DNA of 63,452 nt, counting the filler, from Welwitschia mirabilis (Eukaryota), in the NCBI GenBank assembly GCA_051453625.1. It is 8 parts of one record of this genome, joined end to end, with 100 filler letters (N's around TTAATTAATTAA, not from the genome) between each part and the next. Parts side by side here need not be neighbours in the genome. Positions count along the whole stretch, not along the records: positions 52,041 to 56,773 come from JBOZIK010000001.1; positions 56,874 to 59,810 come from JBOZIK010000001.1; positions 59,911 to 61,666 come from JBOZIK010000001.1; positions 61,767 to 63,452 come from JBOZIK010000001.1; 4 more parts are not named here. The stretch is one strand, 5' to 3'. Positions 54,011 to 63,452 of the stretch are shown piece by piece. Below the pieces are notes generated by a model. That model was not told the origin of the DNA and searched no databases. It saw nothing but the letters and a program-made list of their open reading frames with translations. A program made the position numbers and the translations under genes. The first letter of the stretch is position 1; each line of letters opens with the position of its first letter.

Positions 54011-56599
54011 AAATATGTACTTCCCATTCTGCCTTTGGAATTATATTATGAGGCACCTTGAGAGCCATCTTTAATAGTGTATTTAAATCCTCGATATAGA
54101 ATGTGAGATTACTGCAAAGCTTAAAACCCCTAAGTCATTGCAGTTACCAAAAATCCTTCCTAAGTTGCATCATCGAATCTTCACAATTACCCCAAAAAAG
54201 AAAAAAGAAAAAAAAAGAAAGAAAGAAAAAGCTCCTTGATTTGTGTCATCAAATCTTTGCAATTACAAAAACTCTCTCTAGTTTGTATCATGAAAACTTA
54301 TAAACTTAAGTTTATTAAAGATTAAAATTTATTTACCATAAAATTTAATATTTTATATTTATTATATAATTTTAGTTCTTAATAAAATCCTCTCTAACCA
54401 AAGAATCATTAATATATTTTTAATGTTTCAAATATATTTTTCTTTGGTTCATCAATACCCTCAATACAATTATAATACTTTGCGGTGGTGTTGTAACAGT
54501 ATGTAGATTCTATTCTTTACAAACCAAATTGATGCTAATAAAGATCAATCTAAAACGTTATCTAGCTAGTTCACACCACTTAATTTTAGTCGGAAGAAGT
54601 AATTTTCTTCTTAAAAATCTCCCATAGAGACTAAACACGAGTGACTAAGCTAGACTTCTCTTACGGAGGCTGCGTATATCTGTTTCACGTTTTCTGTTTT
54701 TAAACCAGAATCGGTGTGGAAAACATGCGCTCCTTTTTTGAGCGTTCTGTACTGTTTTTGTAGTTCCCACCAAAATTTGGTGATGTTATCGCACTCTAAC
54801 GTAACTTTCAATTCCAATCGCATCGCTATGGAAATTGCAAAGCGTGAACAGTTTTCATGCTACGAAGGCAAAACAGAGCCAGCTGTACACTCCGTAATCC
54901 AAGTCTTGAGTAAAGGGAAGCGAGTGGTGTAAGCCATGCCACGACAGTCAAGTGTAGTCTCATCAGAAAAGACGAAGGGCACAGCCAAAAACCCAGAGCG
55001 AGAAAATTTCGGGAAACCAAATTTGCGATGCAAAGAATTATAATCAAATCCACTAGTATTGTAAGTAGCCTTCGGAAGCCATCGGGGGAAAAAGTCTATA
55101 GAGTAACCATGTCAGACGCCTTCAATCATAATGGTAAGACTCTCTCCGGTTTATGATTAATTCTTTCTTGGCTCACCATACGAGCTCCCCTAAATTTTAA
55201 TCTTTCACTTTGCACCTAAATTGAAAGAAACAAAAGGATCTCCTTTGTTTATGGGAGTTCCCTTCTGTACTAAAGGTTTCACCATGCAGTATTTGTGTCT
55301 ATCTTGTTTGCCGTCCCACTCTTATGCAGTTTAACTCACATATGTTGGTTGAGATCAAATCAAATCGCACATCGTAATTTAGTTGATAACATTTAAGGTT
55401 TGTATTCAGTTGTGTAAAAGATGTTACAGTGGTAGGCCTTGTGTATTGCACGAAAGAAATAATTCATATATTAAAATCAAACTACTATTATTGAAAAGGA
55501 GAAAATATAAATTCATCATCATTTTCTTTGGAAGGGACGTGGAATTGTAAGAAAATGTATTAGAAGAAATGAGAAAAATGGAGAAAAGAAGAGAGGAGTA
55601 ATAAAACACATGATTTCTTTGACATAGAGTGACCAACCATGCAAAATTACAGTCTACTATGATAAGTACTAAATGTACATCAATCCAATTAACACTAACT
55701 ATGCAACATGCTATAAGAAGTCTAATCAAATTAAAAGAAAAGTATGATGAAGTTGCAAAAATCAAGTAAATAAAAGTATAAAAACATAAAGGAAAAGAAG
55801 ACTTAGTGGTTTCAGATCAAATCACAACCCTTTTCATTAGTCTGCAATCCAAATGCTTACAAGATTTGATGCTTTACCCTTTTCCTAAACTACCCGTTCA
55901 CGTATACTTCATCACCCCTGCAATGCCCTCCGAATGGATGAAACTAAGGAAATGGTGATGGAAAATGGAATGTAAGATGATGTAGGAGGCTGAAAATGGA
56001 TGTATATGTCAGCAAAAGATGAAAATGAATAATGTTGAAGGCTTCCAAAGCTAATATAGAGAGAAGATCAACCTGGGAGTGAAGAAATATGAGAGAAATG
56101 AAATAGAAAATCTCCTTCTGATGCTTGAAAATGGCTTGAATTCAACTTGAGAGTAACAATATGGCATAAATTTGGTATAGTAACATCATGATATGAGTTT
56201 GGGCATTGAGGTGTGGGCGTTTTTATAGGTACACTTGGCTCAGGTTCGGACTGAGGAGTTGCTATAACCATCAAAATTTTGCATGTGATTCATGCTTGAT
56301 TAGGAAAAATTTTCTAATGGCATTGCAACGCCATTTTACTCATATAAATGGCTCTACAACGGCAAGCGTAGTTTGAAAAATAACTGCCTCAACTTCCAAA
56401 AAGTAAATTGACTCAGTTTTGTTTCTCGTGGCTGATATTATAAAGAAACATCAAATTTGACATAACAATGATTAGAAATGAATAAAGTATGGCTACTGGA
56501 ATGCAAATTTCTAAGGTACGGATGTCCTCAAAGGCTTTAATGTCATCCAATATGATGTGGAATGTACTGCCAATGACTTTATAGATGGGGCTGAGCTCA

Positions 56600-56773
56600 G
56601 TTAAGGGGGGTAGAATGATGTGACCCCCATAGTTTTATTGTTATATTTTGCTATTTAGCAGGTATTGTATTTCCTTGCTTTTTCTTTAGTTCCACATTGT
56701 TTAGGGATTTCTGTTGAAAGGACTTATGTCCTATAAATAAGTGGCTTATGTACTATTTTAAGGGAGAGGAATA
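56600..56773 (+). mobile_element. PPT and start of an LTR (gypsy-like), truncated by a gap
   Basis: TTAAGGGGGGTAGAA is followed by TGATGTGACC at 56616. TATA-like CTATAAATA at ~56731. Confidence 0.45.
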
Positions 56774-56873
56774 NNNNNNNNNNNNNNNNNNNNNNNNNNN
56801 NNNNNNNNNNNNNNNNNTTAATTAATTAANNNNNNNNNNNNNNNNNNNNNNNNNNNNNNNNNNNNNNNNNNNN

Positions 56874-59810
56874 TAATAGCTTTCTAGGATGTTCCATTCT
56901 TCATTCTTGCCTACTGTCTACCCTGTGTCAAATTGAGTGTCTGACAAGATGTCCCACCTGTGAAATCAGGATGTCCTAGCTAAGTTTCAGATAGTTTGTA
57001 TGGCCTGATGTGCCAATTTTTTCCCAAGAAATCCCATCATTCTTAAAGAAATTTCCTGAAAACATTAAAAATCAAGCGTCCCATATTTTTTCCCAGATGT
57101 TCCACCTTGCATTTTGTTTTTTTGCTTAGACTGTGTCATAAGCTAGATGTCCCCCTCGTAAACCTCTGACATCCGAACCTTCCTCTTGGACGGATCTTCC
57201 CTTCAACTACTTTTTTAAAACCCCTCTCTAGTCTCTTTCACTCACTTTGCCTCTCAAGCACAGTTGTGCTCTCATCTATTCCTCTCTTGCCATTCTTCCT
57301 CTTCCTAGCCTTCTCAAGCCTTTCTTTAGTGCTGTTCATTAGTTTTAGGGTTTGCTTTGTCAACATGATGGGATCAAAGCTGGCAGCACAAAGAAAAGGG
57401 AAGGAACCAACAACTTCTTCAGATGCAAACTGGTTTCTCTCAGATGACCATAAAAGATATTGGATGACCTCATTCACGAAGAGGCTGGTAGCACTAGAGA
57501 GAAAAATTGATTATGAGTCATTCACAAATTTGAGTAGCTTGGATGGGACATGCCTTAGAACCAAAGAAAAAGATTTCAGCCAAAATGTACATTTGTCCTA
57601 TTGTAATGTCTCATACATGCATTTGACTACAAGTTAAAATCTAGGGTTTATGGTAAGGATATTGATATTACCCTAGATGATATTTTAGACCAAACTAGGT
57701 TTCCAAATGAGCGATCCTGTTTCTACCCTACACCTAGTTGCTTCGTTAGAATAGTTGGTACCTAAAGACACCATAACAATGGAAATTTACAGTCAAAATT
57801 TAGTTCGGAAATTGGGGCACAAAGATGAAGTTTCACCCTTATATGCTTATATGCTTACGTAACGTACCACCTACGAGAAGGAATTCACATCAATTTAAGT
57901 CAATATATTATGTAGTGTATTGGAGATTCTTTGTTGCAACCAATGCTACCCTTTTGTTCAGTGGATTAATCACAGCTTTGTTACAAGATTTGTGGTGTTC
58001 AAATGGAAAAAGATGAAGAGTTGGTTAAGATTCCGAAACCACTCATTGTGCCCTCACTCAAAAAGATGAAGATATTTTCAAATGAGGAACAACCAACTCC
58101 TCTTCTAGCTCCTGCCAAAGGGAGGCATCTAGAAGAAGGTCAAGCACAAGCATTGATACAAAGGAAGCAATCTTGTAGACTTCGAACAACATTGAGGAAA
58201 AGATTAAGAAGCTAGTTTTTGGTCCGCTGGGGTTAGAGGATGAAGAACCACTAGCAGCCCCTTCATCTCCCTGATCCTTTCGCCCAACAACTCCTTATCT
58301 CTTGGCTATTTTGTATTGCTCAGTTAGTAAACTATGTTTAAATGAACTCCAATGCCTAGAGTGTAATAGCACATTTTGATATGATGCCTTGTTATATTTT
58401 GGTTGAATGTATTCTAATGTGTTTCCTCCTTAGTTATTAATGATTTTCCTACCTAATTTGGATGTTAAGCTACTAGTCAGTGTTGTCTTTCAAGGATGAT
58501 AAAGGGGGAGAATAGATGCAGTAATATATGTAGCATGGTTGGCTTTTAAATTTACAAGTTTATAAGAGCATGTTAATCTTCCCTTTCTTAGGCTGACAAT
58601 CTCTTGTTAATAGGAAATGAAAATTTCAACATATTGGTTAAGATGCAAATCTATGTTTTTGATTTACGATTAACTTTTGGAATAAGCTTGAGTTATAGTA
58701 GTAATGCTTGATTTAGTGATTTATTAAAGACTAAGTTTGTATGGAAGCTAATCTGTGTGTTGTCGTAGAGGATATGTGTCTGTTGGTATAGTTTTGTAGG
58801 AAATCATTGGAAGTAATATCACAAATAGGTTTGTGAAAACAACCAATGCATGTGGTCACCAATTCTTGGACACATTTCATGCCCAAAGAGAGCACAAATG
58901 CAGAGGGAGCAAAGTGATCAAGCCATCAACTTCAAGTTCGCTCCTTTGCAATACACTAGAAAGGTTGTCATCATTGAAAAGGGGGAGATTGTTGGAGCAA
59001 ACGAAGAAGTTTTTCAATGATGAATATAATGAAGTGTATATCTAGCCCAAGAAGATCAATGAATGATGTGAGGACTCTTGCTGTCACCCATGATATGCTT
59101 TTTGAAGGATTCCAAGTCTCATCATGATAGAAACCAAGTCTAGATCATAGGACGTCCTAGTTTTTCTGTGGGACATCCAAGTTTTATTAGCCATACAAAC
59201 ATGTTGATTGGGAGAGGGTTGTGTAGGTGTGAACCTGATTTGAGGCTAGGACGTTTAGAGTTTTGAGTGGGACATCCCTAGTTTATCTTGCGTAAGCTGA
59301 AAGGATGCTAGCGCGTCTGGGAGTCCAAGTGGGATGTTTGGGGCAAGGAGAAATGTGAACATTGGGCAAAAATCAAATTTGAGTTAGTGTGAATCAGATT
59401 CAAATCAAAACGTACCTACCCCAACAGCTAGAGAACACGCAATGGACGTACACAGACTTAGATCAACTATGTGCAATCATTGTTTTTCATCTACCCCTAT
59501 ATGACCTTCATATAACAAATTGTAGTCTTGTAATGAAAATGATAACTGAACTGTGTAATATCTATTTTACCAAAAAGCTTTTCTGGTCTTCTATATTCTT
59601 TTGATTCAAACTTGAGTATTCTATCTCCAATTTGGTTGTAGTGCACGTTGATGTATAGTGCATAGGAGGCACATTATCATCAAACTCTTTATAAGACAAG
59701 ATCTTGCTTTGTGTAGTAGCAGTGCATTGTAATAGTGTTCTATAGCCCTTGGAAGAAGAGTCTACAAGCATTGTAAAGTTATTGTAAGTCAAGGGAACCA
59801 AGAGGCTAAA
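56874..59810 (+). mobile_element. Sirevirus-like Ty1/copia 3' portion: extra-ORF remnant (~57365-58270), multiple PPT-like tracts, PPT 58977-58987, 3' LTR from 58990
   Basis: AAAAAGGGGGAGAT|TGTTGGAG junction. Upstream AAAGGGGGAG (~58501) and CAGAGGGAG (~58901) tracts. The ORF remnant MGSKLAAQRKGKEPTTSS…FLSDDH…ERKID resembles plant TE accessory ORFs. Repeated GGACGTCC-type motifs in the LTR. Confidence 0.75.
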
Positions 59811-59910
59811 NNNNNNNNNNNNNNNNNNNNNNNNNNNNNNNNNNNNNNNNNNNNTTAATTAATTAANNNNNNNNNNNNNNNNNNNNNNNNNNNNNNNNNN
59901 NNNNNNNNNN

Positions 59911-61410
59911 AGTATTGGTGGTAGAAAATATTTTCTTATAATTATTAATGATTTTTCCAGATTTTGTTGGGTATGCTTTTTATCTAGTAAAGATGAAGCC
60001 TTTGATATGTTCATTAAAGTTTGCAGGCGAATTCAAAAGGAACAAGGAACTCCTTCCAAAACTATCTAAACAAACAGAGGAGGTGAGTTTGATAATGATA
60101 GATTTGAAATTTGTTGTAATTCTAATAGAATTGGTCATCAACTTTTAGCTCATAGGACTCCTCAACAAAATGGTATTGTGAAAAGGAAGAATCGAGTTCT
60201 AATTGAAATGGCATGAACTATGTTGAATGAGCAATCCCTACCACATCATTTTTGGGCTCAAGCAGTAACACAACTAGCTACATTTCTAACAGAGTATTTC
60301 TTTAATAAGGTACCAAGGAAACTTCTTTTGAACTCTAGTATGGAAAGCGTCCAAATGTAAGTTATTTTAAAGTTTTTGGTAGCAAGTGTGGTATTCTTAA
60401 AGATAAAGGCCCATTAAATAAATTTGATTCAAAGTTAGATGAAGGAATTTTTCTTGGCTATTCTTCAACAAGCGAGGCTTATAGGGTGTTTAAGTCTTCT
60501 GGCAAAATTAAGGAATCTGCCAACGTTAAGATAGATGATTTGGATTTAAGTTCTAACGGCTTAAACAAGAATGATGATGTGGATCCTATTCCAAATACTT
60601 CTATTAGCAACCCCAATGCTTCAACTTCTGAGACAAGATTAGCTTCTCCAATTCAAACTCAATCTTCAGAAGAAACTCAATCCTTCACTCTTTACCGCAA
60701 AGACCAAACGAGATCATCTTATAGAGGTGGTAGTAAACAATCCAAATCAGGGGACTACAACAAGAAGTGGTAAGCACATTAGTCCAAGTTTTCTATGTTT
60801 CCTTTTTTCTTTGGAACCTAAAAATTTTTAGGAAGCAAAAAAAAGATGAGGTATGGATGTTAGCCATGCAAAATGAGCTCCACCAGTTGGAGAGGATCAA
60901 AGTGTAGAATTTAGTCTCTCCTCCACAAAGGAAGCATGTTATTGGGACTAAATAGGTTTTCAAAAACAAGAAAGATGAGAATTACAATATTATTCAGAAC
61001 AAGGCAAGATCGGCTGCTCAAGGGTACGACCAACAAGAAGGCATCGATTATGGTGAGACATTTGCTCCAGTTGCCAGGTTAAAAGCAATTTGCATATTGT
61101 TGGCTTTTGCATGTTTTTATAAAATCAAATTGTTTTAAATGGATGTAAAGAGTGCATTTTTAAATAGTTGTATAAATGAAGAAGTGTATGTAGCACAACC
61201 TCCAGGATTTATAGATCCCATGTTCCCTAATTATGTTTACAAATTGAACAAAGCTCTCTATGGTTTAAATCAAGCATCTAGAGCCTAGTTTGATAGGTTA
61301 AATTCCTTCCTTATTTCTAATGGTTTCATTAAAGAAAAAGCTGATCCAACTTTGTTTATAAAATATGAAAATTAAAATAAATTGATAGTTTAAGTATATG
61401 TTGATGATAT
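59911..61410 (+). mobile_element. Ty1/copia integrase-RT pseudogene
   Basis: Integrase motifs DFSRFCWV, RGGEF, TPQQNGIVKRKNR and KFDSKLDEGIFLGY are followed by RT motifs [34 protein letters not shown] and VYVDD. INT-before-RT is the copia order. Confidence 0.92.
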
Positions 61411-61666
61411 CATACTTGCACGGATCGGAGTGGATCGCAGATCTTTTTTGGGTTTAGGAGATCTTGGATCGTCGGATCGCTCCGGAGCGGATTATGGATC
61501 GCTCTAGATCGCAAACATTAAAAAAAGTTAAAATAAATATATATTTTTTTTTAGCATATCATTCCAATTGTGCTGATAATAACTTATAGAATTATAGAAT
61601 ATAATGTCAGCTTTCAATACTATGATTAATTTCAAATAAAACCACATAGGCAATTGAGCATTGTAC
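61411..61666. mobile_element. End of a probable hAT-type DNA transposon/MITE with GGATCG subterminal repeats
   Basis: RT coding stops abruptly at CATACTTGCACGGATCG. It is followed by ~8 GGATCG/GATC motifs (61421-61512) that keep their CpGs. The other end is lost in the gap. Confidence 0.6.
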
Positions 61667-62636
61667 NNNNNNNNNNNNNNNNNNNNNNNNNNNNNNNNNN
61701 NNNNNNNNNNTTAATTAATTAANNNNNNNNNNNNNNNNNNNNNNNNNNNNNNNNNNNNNNNNNNNNAAGTTCCAAATATTATGTCATGTCCATATATTTA
61801 ATTTTCTTATAAAATTAAATATTATGTTTAATGAATTATTTATCAAAGATTGAATTATTTTGAAACCTCCAATTGATACAAATATTATGTCCTTCAGATA
61901 CTATCATATTAAATTGTAGTTTGAGTTCCTTTTGATTAAAATATTACTTACAAATCTTCAAAATGTTCTTGTAGTGGTGATGATTCTTTCACTTATTTTT
62001 TCACTTCTTAGAAATTACGCATGATTAAATGTAAATTGTAGAGGCTTGTTATTTATCTTTGACATTATTATGATTATGATTAAATGTAAAACATTCTTTT
62101 TATATTATTAAATCACTCGGTGGCTAGGTAAGTCTTTATGAGATATTATGAAACCCCCTTTATTGTTGGCTTATGTTATGTCCTTTTGTATTCTTGAGTC
62201 TTGTCATATTACCTTATTCTCTCACTTTAAATAGAGTTCTTCCTTCTTCAAGTCTACTTTATTTTTTTTTGGGAATGATCTTGCCTTGAAATCTTGGAGT
62301 TTAGGAGGTATAGGAGCTTTGAAAACTTGGAAGATCTTCAAAGAGCTTGAACACATATGGGTATGATTCTATTATTTCTTGCTTCCTTATTCATGCTTTC
62401 TTTATATGCATTCCGTTAATGAGATTGTCATGTTTATATTCTTGTAAAACAAATGTAAAATTGTGTGATGCTTGGTAAAGATAAATTTAGTCTTGTTTCA
62501 AGTCTTGACTCCTACTACCTTCTGTAGTCGATGTCTTAATGTTATTTGTTATTTATGTGAGTTGATAGTTTATGTTTAGACCTTATCATATTTTTTTTTT
62601 ATTATCGTGATGTCTTTAACCTATGGTTATGAATTT

Positions 62637-62976
62637 CCACAGATTACCAAATGAGGCAGCGGCTTCATAGATCATCAAATGAGGTAATGAACTGAGAATT
62701 TTACAAATCACCAAATGAGGCACTGGGGATAATAGATTTACCACAGATTGCTGAATGAGGCAGTGGGCTTCACAGACCAATGAATGAGGCAATGAAGTTA
62801 ATGATATATGAGTTTATATGTATATTTTTATTAAAACTACAAATTGCCAAATGAGACAATGGACTTCATAGATCACAAAATGAGGTAGTGAAGTAAAATA
62901 TAAAAAATTATATAAGAATCACAGATCGTCGAATGAGGTAGTGGACTTCATACATTACCAAATGAGGTAGTGAAGT
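62637..62976 (+). repeat. Nine ~26-32 bp repeats (core CACAGATYRCCRAATGAGGCAGTG) with variable spacers, probably within an LTR
   Basis: Units start near 62637, 62663, 62700, 62741, 62768, 62837, 62863, 62919 and 62945. Confidence 0.9.
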
Positions 62977-63452
62977 GATTTAGATATGTGAAAATATATA
63001 ATGATTATTTTCATTCATAACCATAAGGTCAATGTTTGTGATATATCATGTTTCTTGGAGTCTTTACTTGACTTGTCTTTTTTAACTCTTGAAAATCCTT
63101 GCTTATCTTGCCTAGTCTTGCCTAGACCATAATGGAAGCTGTGAGATTTTCATAGTTCTCATGCCATACTTTTGTGTGATAGGTGGAAAATGTAGCGTAT
63201 TAATGCTGAAGTGGCATAAGGATGTGGAGGATCATTAATCCATTATTGATGGAAAACTTTTTCTAAAAAAATTTTGATCCTTTATTAGTCTTAAATACTT
63301 GGTGTTATATAACTGAGTTTTATGAGAACACAATATACTTTTCTAGAATAATGTTCCCTGGATGTGATGAGAGTTAAACTCCATATTATCATTATTGCAG
63401 TGTAAATTTATGCAATGTTTCATGCCTTGATTTAAATCCTGTTAATTACAAA

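Noticed and set aside
62637..62976. CRISPR array or hammerhead ribozyme interpretation
   Set aside because: Plant TE context, no cas genes, irregular spacer lengths and no CUGAUGA…GAAA core. Kept only as a structured repeat.

Overview
This is a eukaryotic (land-plant, probably large-genome seed-plant) nuclear region from a gapped draft assembly. It holds one convincing host gene: an intronless NDR1/HIN1-like (NHL, LEA_2-domain) gene on the minus strand (21483-22124), inside a CpG-retaining island. The rest is a nest of old, AT-shifted transposon remnants. These include a Ty3/gypsy Tat/Ogre-type element with a second (aRH-type) RNase H, several copies of one Athila-like LTR family with a tRNA-Asp PBS, Ty1/copia Sirevirus-like elements, probable LINE remnants and a hAT-like end inserted in a copia RT active site. 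Seven N44-TTAATTAATTAA-N44 blocks are artificial scaffold linkers. The most unusual signals are (i) a tandem array of LTR-end plus tRNA-iMet PBS units (8915-9247), (ii) a 9-unit repeat/spacer array whose two unit types have different, covarying hairpin stems (62637-62976), (iii) an Athila-like copy whose gag appears replaced by an unrelated ORF, lying head-to-head with a sister copy, and (iv) gene-less CpG-retaining islands. TE boundaries and all divergence values were read by eye and are approximate.
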